A DNA stretch of 64,000 bases from Chrysomallon squamiferum (Eukaryota; Animalia; Mollusca), in NCBI GenBank assembly GCA_012295275.1, contig CM022670.1:36890001-36954000 (forward strand), written 5' to 3'. Positions 53,308 through 64,000 of this stretch are shown here, one piece after another (position 1 is the first letter of the stretch; each line of letters begins with the position of its first letter). Under the pieces are notes generated by a model. The model was given only the letters and a program-made list of their open reading frames with translations, was not told the origin of the DNA and did no database searches. The translations under genes were made by a program, and so were the position numbers.

Positions 53308-54974
53308 CAAAATCAAATAATAAAAAAATTTGTTTACTTAAATATAATTATTAATTTTTTTTTTTTTCAACTTTAGAAAACAAAACAAATTAAAACCTTA
53401 TTTCTGTTCTCTTTCATACTTTAGTCTTTGCTTTATATGACATTTTACTAAATAATTTTCTGTCGTTGTAAATAAATGAAACTACTTCAAATAAATTTTA
53501 CAAAAAATACCATGGTTACATTTAATTCTTAAATGACCAGGTATTGTGAAACTGAAATGCGGCATTTGTTTAAACTTTTCACTTCCGTTTTTCTTAGGGT
53601 CACATTTATGCTATTGGTGGCAATGATGGAACTAGCTCACTTGACAAGTGTGAACGTTATGATCCATATCTAAACAAATGGACACCAATAGCTAACATGA
53701 ACAAAAGGAGGGCTGGGGCTGGAGTTGCTGTGCTGTATGGTGCTATTTATGTTGTAGGTAAGTGTACTTGCATGTTTTATTAATTTCCCTTGTACCCTTT
53801 ATTAAACATTTTTATATCTTTAGTTTTAGAAATGGTGGTGTGTATATATATATATATATATATACATATATATATACATTTAATTATAGTTTATTTTATT
53901 AAAAATTGTGTTTTATTCAAAGTTTTGTATTCAAGAGATTTTTCCTTTTTTTTTTTTTTTTTATTTATTACTGAGAATTTATTTGCTAACAAAAATTATT
54001 TCTACTGTCTAATTTAAATAATTTGATGAGATACACGTTGTTAAAACATGAGTAATTCATTGTCAGTGTAAGCAGATGTGATCAGCAGCCATGTTGGAGT
54101 ATTTTAATAATTTTATACTTGATTTTTAAAGGTGGGTTTGACGACAATGCTCCACTCGACTCAGTGGAGAAGTATGACTTGAAAAATGATGCGTGGACCA
54201 TGGTGAACAGCATGTCATGTTGTCGTGGAGGTGTTGGGCTCGATGCTCTCGGAGGAAAACTGTACGCAGTCGGTGGCCATGATGGATCGAACTACTTGAA
54301 TTCTGTGGAAGCATTTGATCCAGTTTCAAATACGTATGCATATATCAATTCATCCCATTTTAATTTTTTTACTTATTCCTATTCAGAATTATTTCTTACA
54401 ACACTGAGGCATTCTGTATTTTAATGTAATATTTAAAGGCCAGTGGGTAAATACATTTATTTGTTAAGAGAGATTAAAATGTTTATTGTACTGAACACTT
54501 TCAGCTCATTAACATAAAAATATATACATACAGATTGGGATTTTTTTTGTATTGACATGTGGTGAACATTGTAACTTAGTGATTAGATATGATAGGCTGA
54601 GGCAATATTCTCCCTTGGTACATCCATTTGGTTAACCTCCAATTGCCATAGATTTTGTTTTTAAAGCAGGATATATTGAAAAGATCTCTTGCCATTAATC
54701 AGCATAAGCAAAATGTTTATAAAGTTGGCAAAGCAGATTTTCCTTTCGTATGATCATTATGCAATAAACCGTATACTCAACACTTTCTAAAATCAGTGCT
54801 GAAATGTTTGTCATTAAAACTAATATTACTTTTTGTTGTTGTTGCTCCAGATGGACAATGATGAGAGGCATTCAGCAGTTTCGAGCAGGTGCTGGTGTCA
54901 CTGCATGTGACTGCATCCTGAAGAATCTAAGAAAAGTTGTGAGGAACACATCTGAACGTTTACAGTGTGTATAA
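50913..54974 (+). CDS. KLHL8: Kelch-like protein 8 (BTB-BACK-6xKelch CUL3 substrate adaptor), full spliced CDS join(50913..51978,52166..52309,52548..52659,53057..53225,53598..53757,54132..54333,54851..54974), 658 aa
   Basis: Seven exons joined by GT-AG introns give one 1977-nt open frame. BTB (LLEFYENGHLCDVELKVGSK...CHRTVLACVSLYFRAMF), BACK and Kelch repeats ([67 protein letters not shown]) match vertebrate KLHL8 specifically, as recalled. Confidence 0.95.
52166..52309 (+). CDS. KLHL8: KLHL8 coding exon 2 (Kelch 1)
   Basis: cacag|GT...AAAG|gtaatt; encodes [48 protein letters not shown]. Confidence 0.95.
52548..52659 (+). CDS. KLHL8: KLHL8 coding exon 3 (Kelch 2)
   Basis: ttcag|GG...TTCAG|gttgtg; encodes [37 protein letters not shown]. 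Confidence 0.93.
53057..53225 (+). CDS. KLHL8: KLHL8 coding exon 4 (Kelch 3)
   Basis: cacag|AC...AAG|gtattt; encodes [57 protein letters not shown]. Confidence 0.95.
53598..53757 (+). CDS. KLHL8: KLHL8 coding exon 5 (Kelch 4)
   Basis: cttag|GG...GTAG|gtaagt; encodes GHIYAIGGNDGTSSLDKCERYDPYLNKWTPIANMNKRRAGAGVAVLYGAIYVV. Confidence 0.95.
54132..54333 (+). CDS. KLHL8: KLHL8 coding exon 6 (Kelch 5-6)
   Basis: ttaaag|GT...AATAC|gtatgc; encodes [67 protein letters not shown]. Confidence 0.93.
54575..54825 (+). mobile_element. Degenerate SINE copy in KLHL8 intron 6
   Basis: AAAAGATCTCTTGCCATTAATC...GTTGGCAAAGCAGATTTTCCT resembles the copy at ~43.4 kb and the same recalled SINE core. Confidence 0.45.
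54851..54974 (+). CDS. KLHL8: KLHL8 terminal coding exon
   Basis: ctccag|A; encodes TWTMMRGIQQFRAGAGVTACDCILKNLRKVVRNTSERLQCV*, stop TAA 54972-54974. Confidence 0.92.
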
Positions 54975-57900
54975 TCAACACAAAACTCTGTGATTTTTGT
55001 TTACTCTCTGTTTCTCTGTGTTTAACTTTAAAACTGTGGATGTATTTATTCTAATGTGTACCTTTTGTGATAGAGAGTTAAATATTAGTGTTAGTGTTGT
55101 AATCAGAACACCCGTGATTTCGAGGATGTTGATAATCTTTTGAGATGCTATGCACCAGAAGTGATATGATGGAGTAATGTTTCTAAAGCCTTAAATTTTT
55201 AGTCTATTCATTATTATTTTTTCTTTAATTATTTATTTCTGTATTGTGTTAATAATAGATAGATAAATAGTTGATGGTTATAATATTACCTTGGATATTG
55301 GTGATTTCTTTTTAAAAAAAAAACCTTTACTTAGATGGCAGACTTAAAGATGTTATTTAATAATTTTCTGTAAATTTAAATTATTTAAAAAGTTAAAAGT
55401 TCAGAATATCAGTAGATCGAGTTATAACCTTTAGATAGAGTTTTTAATTTATTGTTGTTCTTTATGTTTGAAACGTATTAAAGTAGAATTTTGACTAAAT
55501 ATATATTTTTATTTAAATAAAGGCTCTCACTGTCATTTATTTAAAGAAATAATTATTTAGAATCTTGGCTAGAATATTATTTTAGTGATATTTTCACTTT
55601 TGTTTTTACATTAATATATTTATTATTGTTATGGTTCAAATTTAATACATAAGGAATGTGATTTTATTAAGTAGTCACTTTGTACTTGTGAGATGTTCAT
55701 TGTTACTCTGATAAATTATGTGATTTGTGCTTATTTGACATATTAATGTTAATTCCTGCTGACACTGACATAATTATAATCATTAAATTAAAATATTTTT
55801 AAATAAATGTAGATTACTTACTACAATGCTTTGTGAATTTTTATTTAAAAAAACGAAATTAATTGTTTGTTATTTAAATAAAATAATAATTTCTAGATGT
55901 GCATGATATTTAAGGAAGTTTTTTTTAAACACCTTCTTTTACCCCTACTCAAGCATATACATCTGGGTTTGTTTGGGGTGGGGCAAAGTCTTCTTTTTTT
56001 TAACACACCAAATAAATGTTTCCTTTATTAAAACAACCTTAGCTTTACTATAAATTTTTAGTAAGTACACAATGAGAAAGAATTGCACTGGGCAACATTA
56101 TTCAACTTTTTTCAGATTGTTTATTGAGCTGAGCCAGTATTAATAAGAAGCTGATTCATGGTGTGACCTGGTCTTCTAGAACCAGACAACACTAACTGTC
56201 CTTCTACTCGAAGATTTCACTCCATCTGGTATTCTTAATTCAATCAGTCATTTTAATAAAATCAAGATTACATTAGAATTTTTATGACATCATCTGTATA
56301 TTTCAATTTTCTATATTCGCTGTTCTGTTCTTGTAATTAGGTTAACAAATTTCATATTCAGAAAATATTTTGGAGTTGAAATTAAAATAAAATGATGTGG
56401 TTTTTATTTTAGGGGATAGGATATTGAATCAGTTTCTGCTTCGTTATTTTTTTTTTTTAAAGGAAAAAAATTCTTTATACACACAAACATGCACATAATC
56501 TATTTTCTCATTGTCACTTGCACTTTTTAATTTTTTTTTGTCTTTTTCAGCTTTAATTTGCATGAGCAGTTTATAAATAATTATCTTCTCTGGTTCTTAT
56601 TCTTTTTAAGTCCCAAGAAATTGTTGTTTATATTTTGTTTTCTATTATTTGCAAATAAAATTATCTTATAAATATGTTAGACATAAACCACTGTTGCTAT
56701 GACAATTTGACTGTTTTGAATTCATGTATGAGCTATGTATTTTTTTTATATATTTATAAATTATATCATTATTTTAAGCCAGAAATTGCCAATTGCTATT
56801 TAAATTGCAACACCACATAAATGTATGCAATCCTGTTATTAGTGTTGTTAATAAGAATGTGTACATATAAAGAACACAGATATAATCAAATTCTGTTTTG
56901 ATGATAATTATTGTTACATAATTTTTTTCTTATCGTACTGATGTAAAATTAATATGACATCATTATATGAAACATGACACAGTACAGTTTAGCTTATTTT
57001 CCCATAACATATTTCACAAAAATAATATTCATATTTCATTTCCTACTGCCATTAGACATGACTTCTGTTAACTATCTTTTAATTTGTATTCGTTCAGAAA
57101 TGTAGATACCATCTCAGATATTTACTACATTCTGGTTTACACAAATATCTTTGCTTTAGTTTGTTTTATATTTTTTCTATCAGTATTTTATAATAAAATG
57201 CTTTATTCAAAAGAAAATTATTACCTGTTTTTATTGTTAGTTTGTGATATAAACACTTAAAACATTTTGTGCAATAGATTTCACTTGCATAGATGTTAAT
57301 GTATTTTGTTGTACAAATTTGTTCAGGTACTTAATAATATAATTACGCTCTGTTGTACATGTATCAGCAATTATTTTAATTTAATAAAACAGTTTTTTTC
57401 CTGGAAGTGTCTTTTTTTTTTTTTCCATCAACATCAAGAATTCTTTGGAAAATTGGTGTAGATTTACAGAAAATGGCACCATTGGCAAGCACTGAAATTG
57501 TGCTCCTGTTCAAACATCCAACGTTTTCAGATTTGTTACCATAACAATGGCACAAAAAACCCAGTCTAGTTTAATAAAAAGAGCTCAAAGGTGCCTATGG
57601 CATACCTGACTTATCTTAGGTATGCCACTGGGTTGGAATAGGAAAAACATGTATTATCACAAAATGAATTTTTTGCATATTTTAAAAAACGATAAATTCT
57701 TGATATCTGATATTTATTTAATAAACAAATATTTATTTAACAGGTGCTAAGTACAAAGGTGACATATCACTTGATCAAAGACTTTCTTAATTTTGATTGT
57801 AATATCAATTTAGAAAAGCAAAATGTTCTTTTTTGCCCTCATGTTTTGTGTTTGGAAACATATTAAAGTCAAAACTTTATAATTTAATTACCATTTAAAA

Positions 57901-58776
57901 AGAAATAAATAAAACAAAAGTCATCCAATGAACTGAACATACCTAATTAACATTATATAAAATTTTGAATTATTTTATTTATACAACTTCTTTTTTTTTA
58001 TTTCACAGTAATAATAGTAAAAATATTTCAAAGCAGAAACAAAAATTAAGAACTTCTATGGTAAGCAATTTTACAGCAGTAAAAACAGTGTTTCAGGTAC
58101 AAAACATATTAAATAAATAATGAAAGGTACTTTCCTAGTAACTTTAACAAAGAATTAAAAGAGTTTTTCATGGTGATTATCAGCGACACAATAAAGAACT
58201 GGCTACTGTCCACATAGCAGGGGCATCTAAAGTCCTGGACAGATGGCTTTTGGCCAGGGTCTCCATTGGTCTAAGGGTCAAACCAATCCAAATACACTGT
58301 TGTTTGTTTTAATAAAAATAAAATTGTGGTTCTGCATGGTTCCAGTGTGTCATTATGCTTGTGGGCCTATAATGCTGTTAATATGCTACACATTAATGTT
58401 GACAACACAGATCAGTCTTTGATGTATAATTATGTAATTCAACAATTATTCAGAACTTTAAAACAAATTTCTCTGAAAAATGGTAGGCTATTATTGTATT
58501 GAATAAAATATGAAGATATATTTTTTTTAAAATACAGAAATTTTAGACTAATATTCCCAAAATAATCAAAATAACAAAAGTATTTCTAATCATTTTTGTT
58601 AAGAAAAAGTCTTAGTATTTTGACTGTTGACAATTTTTAAAAACACTTTACCAAGCAGACAGCATATAAATAATGGAAAACACATCAAGATTATATATAA
58701 ATCAATTCACATTAAAAAAACATAATAATTATGGCATCAATATAATATATTTTATAATGTCTGAAAAATGCAAATA

Positions 58777-59064
58777 CAGGTACCAGATCAATTATCTGGC
58801 GTCCTGAAAACTGGAAGTTTTTTCCTGATGCTATTTTCATAGTTCAAGCTCTTTCAAGCCACATGGCATTCATTCACTCGCCACATTGTTTATGTGTCAA
58901 GACGCCACTGTTGTGTATCATCAATTTTCTTTATGTTTTTAATTTTAAAATATTTATGCCTAATTATTTACGTATTTAGATACCGTGGTACCAGAAAACC
59001 AGAAAATCCTGAAATCCAAAATACTTCAGCTATCAAAAAGTCTAGATAATTGGTCTGGTACCTG
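58777..59064. mobile_element. Tc1/mariner(pogo)-type MITE, 288 bp
   Basis: TIRs CAGGTACCAGATCAATTATCT / AGATAATTGGTCTGGTACCTG (1 mismatch in 21) flanked on both sides by TA; no ORF. Confidence 0.8.
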
Positions 59065-59227
59065 TATATCAATTTCTGATGATCTTCAACATTTTCGGTA
59101 AAAAAGTGAACGTTTTGATGATGTTCCTAAAACTGCCAGTATTTCACAATTTTCAGCATCTTTGATAAATAGTTTTGGATGAAAAATGGTTTGTAATATA
59201 AATGTATGTTTTTGAGTTTTCTGTTCA

Positions 59228-59395
59228 CTAGCTGCCACAGATGTCTGTTGTAGCCTGGCAGTTGCTGTCTGGTTCAGACAAAAAGACTCGGCCATTTTCA
59301 CACAAACACATCTGATAAACATTAGGGTAAGATGTACCTCCCACATCACTTTTTGGTATATCTTTTATATAAAATTTGCTAGAGTCCAAATATAT
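59228..59395 (-). CDS. SGCD: Sarcoglycan terminal coding exon (Cys cluster)
   Basis: tttcag|ATA; encodes [55 protein letters not shown]. Confidence 0.92.
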   Translation of the reverse strand: MYLDSSKFYIKDIPKSDVGGTSYPNVYQMCLCENGRVFLSEPDSNCQATTDICGS

Positions 59396-61824
59396 CTGAA
59401 ATCAAAAACAGATGCATTTATTTCTTAAATGGAAAAACTAAATAATAACAATAATGATGAATTTCTCTAGATTACTGATGGAAAATCCCCATAAAGGTAA
59501 AATTAACCCATTATAATAAACTGAATGTAATTATCAAAAGTTATCTCCCTTCAACAATGGGAGATAGCTTGTTGAATGAAGAACGTTTTCTATCCTTTAC
59601 ATTTTTTTTTTTTTTTTGTTCCTTCTTCAGCAAAGATATATAATTATATGTTAGTTATTTTCTTTTAATCAAATATATTTTTTAACATTACCATCAACAT
59701 AAAAAATAGGATGATTTGTTGATTGACAAATTTTCATTCTAACATGAAAGTGGACATGTGACACTTACAGCTCCTGCTGGGGCAGTTAGCTGAATGCTGT
59801 CTGCACTTTCAAAGTTAACATCTCCTGCTGGAGCCAGAATCTCAACACCACCAAAACCAGACACACGAACTGCATGTGTTTCTGATTCTAATCTGTAACA
59901 CAATATTGAAATCCAGTACAATGTTTGGAGGATTTTTCTTCAATTAAAACTGTACACCAAATTCAAAAATAAATAAAACAGTAGATTTCTTTATGTTATA
60001 AACATGTTATTATTATCATTATCATTATTAATACCATTATTATTAGAACTTACTTCTACTACTATTATTATAATTATTATCATTATCATTATTTTAAAGA
60101 CTATTAAGTTTTATTATTATTATTATTGTTGTTGTTGTTGTTGTTGTTAGTGATTATTCAATAGGATATATGTTGATATATGTGTACTGAACATGGTACT
60201 CATTAATGATAAAAATAAATATAAAAATAACCATATTGCTTACACCAGATCTTCAGAAATTGGTCCTCTTAAACTGGGTGTTTCCACTGAGCCTTTAAAC
60301 GTTACACCCTCTGAAATTAAACCATTATTTTTTAATTAACTTTGTCATTAATTAATACTGTGTCACTGACAGGAAGCAGTACTTAGAAAAAGGTAATTTA
60401 AAACTTTTTCCACCAACAGTTTGTTGTATCAGATACAATATTTAAAAAAAAAAAAAAAAAAATTAAAATAAATTATATAATTCCACTGAAGAATATTTTT
60501 AAATCTTGAAATTATGTAAGGGTCAAAGTGACTGCTTTTAGGTGGGCTTGTTTTGACAAAAAAAAAAAATAATAATTTTGTTTTGCTTTTTAAATTTAAT
60601 ATTAGTTTTGCACTCAAAATAAATAAATAAATATATTATACACATACACAACACTTATGTTAAGATATACATTTTATTGACAATAAATTTTAAAGAAACT
60701 CTAATAAGAATAATTTATACCAGGATACACAAGTTCATCTAGTCCTATAACAACTTCATCTTTTGAAACCTGGAATAGCATTTTTCCATCTGTGTCTTTC
60801 ACTTCAAATGTTTCACAGTTTACCTCCATTTTATTCTGCCCTGAAATTAAAATTATGTAAAGCTCAAATGTTACATTACAATATTGTCATAAGAAATTAT
60901 AACATAGACACTATTGTGTGATAAATAAATACTGAATGAGTCATGTATTTAAGAAACAATCAGTCATCTTTTGAAAGATGTAAAAACTGAAATATTTAAA
61001 GTTTTTCAAGTAACATACTAAGCATTCAATTCATTTACATGGTTTTAAAAAACAGATTACAAGATTTTTCACATCCATTATCAGAAATATAATTTTTCTT
61101 AAAAAATATATATATTTTTTTTTTTTGAACTTGCCTATAACCAAACTACTCTTGACATCATTTGATTTGCCTAAAGCCTGAAGTTTTAGAACTTGACCAG
61201 ATTCTACATAGAGTGGTTCCCCCTGCAAAAAAAATAAAAAAAAATAGCCTTAAACACAAAATATTTAATTTACATCTTTGGTTTCCTACCTCATATAAAA
61301 CAATTTTAATCTGCAGAGATAAACCACTAACATTGTTAGGTTTTGGCATTTGATTGTTATAACTTATACAACAATGCTGAAGAATACTGCAACATAATAT
61401 GGAAGAACATAGTGTAGTTTATTTATTATAAATTTTTATGCTCTTACAAATATGGATGTGTGATAATAGATGTCTTTTCTTGTGTTTCTTGTTTTGGGTT
61501 TTTTATTTAGGGAAGCATTTCCTTTTATTATTATAAATGAACTTACAAGGAACTTGTTTTACCTGTTTTGATTTGATTTCATGTGCATATAATGATCTCA
61601 GAAATTCAGCTTTTCCCTCAACTCTGATACCTTTGGGAATTATTCTCAAACTGCCCATGCCATGCTGGAAAAATATAAAGAAATAAAATTATAAACATCT
61701 GTTAACATTCTGTCAGTCTGGAATCACTTACATATTAGCTTCATGAATTACAATCATTATTTTATTAATCTTTTACAAATGTGATAAAAATGGATGTATA
61801 AATAAATATGTGTGTTCATGTGTT

Positions 61825-61878
<54 letters not shown>

Positions 61879-62288
61879 TATATATACTGAAATAATCATA
61901 GTGTCTGAAACCATAAAATATATTTCACTAATAGCTTTTTCCATGAGGTTTATTGCCCTCTCAATACTGAGTGAAATCAAATAAATAAAAAAAATGTTTT
62001 AAAAATCTCCCAAAAACCCCACCAAACAACAACAACCAAATTGGGTACAAATTAACAAAAAAATAAAACCTAAATACTCTGCATATTAAACAAATGATAT
62101 TTGTAAAATATACTTAAAACAAAACTTACAATAGAAAAATCCATGACACGCAGGATCCAGACAGTGAGAGAGAGATTTATGATGACAACAACCATGAGAA
62201 ACAGAATGAAAGCATAGAGACATCGCTTTCTCCAGCCATAGATCCCAATAGGCTGAGACTGAGACACAGACTCATACTCTTGAGCCAT
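59228..62288 (-). CDS. SGCD: Sarcoglycan delta/zeta/gamma-type subunit, full spliced CDS complement(join(59228..59395,59769..59892,60244..60310,60721..60840,61135..61222,61563..61664,62130..62288)), 275 aa type II membrane protein
   Basis: [11 protein letters not shown] motif, one TM helix, GMGSLRI...EG.AEFL..LYA.EI.S, SVETP, LES and a C-terminal [11 protein letters not shown]...C...C cysteine cluster. The exons join in frame (828 nt). The symbol is nominal: the gene is presumably co-orthologous to vertebrate SGCD/SGCG/SGCZ. Confidence 0.92.
59769..59892 (-). CDS. SGCD: Sarcoglycan coding exon 6
   Basis: ttacag|A...GCT|gtaagt; encodes [42 protein letters not shown]. Confidence 0.92.
60244..60310 (-). 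CDS. SGCD: Sarcoglycan coding exon 5
   Basis: tttcag|AG...CTGGT|gtaagc; encodes [22 protein letters not shown]. Confidence 0.88.
60721..60840 (-). CDS. SGCD: Sarcoglycan coding exon 4
   Basis: tttcag|GG...CCTG|gtataa; encodes [40 protein letters not shown]. Confidence 0.9.
61135..61222 (-). CDS. SGCD: Sarcoglycan coding exon 3 (followed by GC donor)
   Basis: tttgcag|GGG...ATAG|gcaagt; encodes [29 protein letters not shown]. Confidence 0.88.
61563..61664 (-). CDS. SGCD: Sarcoglycan coding exon 2
   Basis: ttccag|CAT...CAG|gtaaaa; encodes [34 protein letters not shown]. Confidence 0.93.
61828..61877. repeat. (TG)n microsatellite in sarcoglycan intron
   Basis: Directly visible. Confidence 0.95.
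62130..62288 (-). CDS. SGCD: Sarcoglycan coding exon 1 (cytoplasmic tail + TM)
   Basis: Acceptor gttacag| at 62296/62295, ATG at 62288, donor ATT|gtaagt. Encodes [54 protein letters not shown] further upstream exon (UTR or a few codons) must exist. Confidence 0.9.
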
Positions 62289-62304
62289 TATCAAGCTGTA
62301 ACAA

Positions 62305-62772
62305 ATATAAAGAAAACTGAATTAAATATGTGATGTAACAAATATATAGGATCAGGAAACTGAATTAGTTATATGATGAAATGAACAGAAGAAACTGAAT
62401 TCAGTTATATAATGTAACGAAACTGGATCAAAAAACTCAATTAGTTAAGGAATATAAAGAATACTATATAATATATATAATGTAACAACTACAGGATCAC
62501 AAACTGAATTAGCCATATAATGTAATAATGAATTAGTTATATAATATAATGAATACAGGATCAGGAAACTGAATTAGTTATATAATGTAATTAAAATAGG
62601 ATCAGGAAACTAAAATGTAACAAATACAGGATCACAAACTGAATTAGTTATATATGGAAATGAATACAGGAAACTGAATTAGTTGCATAATGTAATGAAT
62701 ATAGGATCAGGAAACTGAATTAGCTATGTAATGTAATGAATATAGAATCAGGAAACTGAATTAGTTATATTA
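62305..62772. repeat. Degenerate ~39-40-bp minisatellite (core AGGATCAGGAAACTGAATTAGTTATATAATGTAA), about 11 copies, in the sarcoglycan intron upstream of coding exon 1
   Basis: AAACTGAATTAG recurs at roughly 40-bp spacing. Confidence 0.9.
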
Positions 62773-64000
62773 TATATAATTTTATACTGTCTGGGTAATT
62801 TCTGACCATTCAGAGCTATGCAAAGCTAAAAGATATCGGATAAATTCTTTGAATAAAAGGTAAAATGGTTTTAAGATGGAAATTGTCTGAATAACAGCAT
62901 ATGGTACATGAAATGGATGCATTGGTTTACTTAAGCTGACATGAATGGCTGAAAAAATGCAACAGAATAACAATAAATAATTAAAACATATAACAGTTTA
63001 TTTAAATCATGGTGCTCCATAGATTAATATTTAAATATCTATTTAAATATAGAGAATAATAAAAAAAAAATTTAAGAGTGTTTCTTTTTTAAAGCAAAAA
63101 AAAAAAAAAAAAAACTTATGGCCAAATGTGATTATTTACAAAGTGTTAAGAGATGTTGACAAGAGGCACTTTAAAAAGTTACAAGCAGCATTCCAGTCTT
63201 TGGCAGAGTGAACACAGTGAGCAAGATGATATTCCCCATTCGCATTTCACTGTCAACTTCAGCAGATGGTAATAAAATACATGAAGCAATCCAATATGTC
63301 AGACTTTTAACTTTTCTGCTAACCAGATAGTCATTAAAAAAAAAAAAAAAAAAAAAAAAAATTGTTTTTACTTTGGAATCTTCATTATGTTGTTTTGTGT
63401 TGGTGTTGAGGTTTTTTTAGTTTGTTTTTTGAGGTTTTTTTTATATCATAAGAATTGTTTTGTTTTTTTCTTTGTCACGCTTAAATGTGAAACATATTTT
63501 TGGATGAAGCAGTCATTCTTTTTGAATGAAGTTGTATCAGAAATGTTGCTTACTGAAGTTCAGAAGTTCAAAGTTTTGTTTTGTTTTACTATTATTTTAT
63601 CACAGATGTGAGATTCCATCAAATGTCATTCCCCTGACAGACACGTTACAGTCATTAATTTGGATGATTCCTATTTCAGTCTTCTGCACTCAGTAAGTCA
63701 TTCTGCTGTTCTGTACGTATTTTAATGCATGTTGATACAATTACAAAATGCTCTGCAAACCTCATCCAACTCTTAACATAAAAAACACACTCTTATTACA
63801 CATTTCTATAGCCAGGCTAACTCTTGTAAAGTAGCTGTTTTCATAATGAACTTCTAGACATAAGTTTTGTGAGGCATAACAACGAATATGAAAAGGTCAC
63901 GAAACTATTTTTTTTTTCTCTCTCTTGCCCTGCACCTGTTTGTGATAACATCTTTCTATCTTCAGCCAGCTGCATCTGGCTGAATTCTTATCCCTAAGTT

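Noticed and set aside
59086-59349. 87-aa minus-strand ORF in the track
   Set aside because: Alternative frame overlapping the real last sarcoglycan exon.

Overview
AT-rich, microsatellite-dense animal genomic DNA, probably a lophotrochozoan and most likely a mollusc (inferred from base composition and SINE-like remnants). The right quarter holds two complete, convergent, spliced genes: KLHL8 (+ strand, 7 coding exons, 50913-54974, 658 aa BTB-BACK-Kelch) and a gamma/delta/zeta-type sarcoglycan (- strand, 7 coding exons, 62288-59228, 275 aa, one GC-AG intron). This part is visibly CpG-depleted. The left ~47 kb has no long ORF but is CpG-retaining and full of regulatory-looking islands (CACGTG E-boxes, CRE, YY1-like and GC-box motifs). 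It shows signs of an unannotated minus-strand transcription unit: a well-defined internal exon (41478-41174) fully containing a 45-codon ORF that is below the ORF-track cutoff, a candidate signal-peptide exon (~21.0 kb) and possible recursive splice sites. A cluster of fold-back structures at 25.5-29.2 kb comprises a pre-miRNA-like hairpin, a ~580-bp inverted duplication and a 69-bp inverted repeat. A TA-flanked MITE, two minisatellites and many microsatellites are also present.
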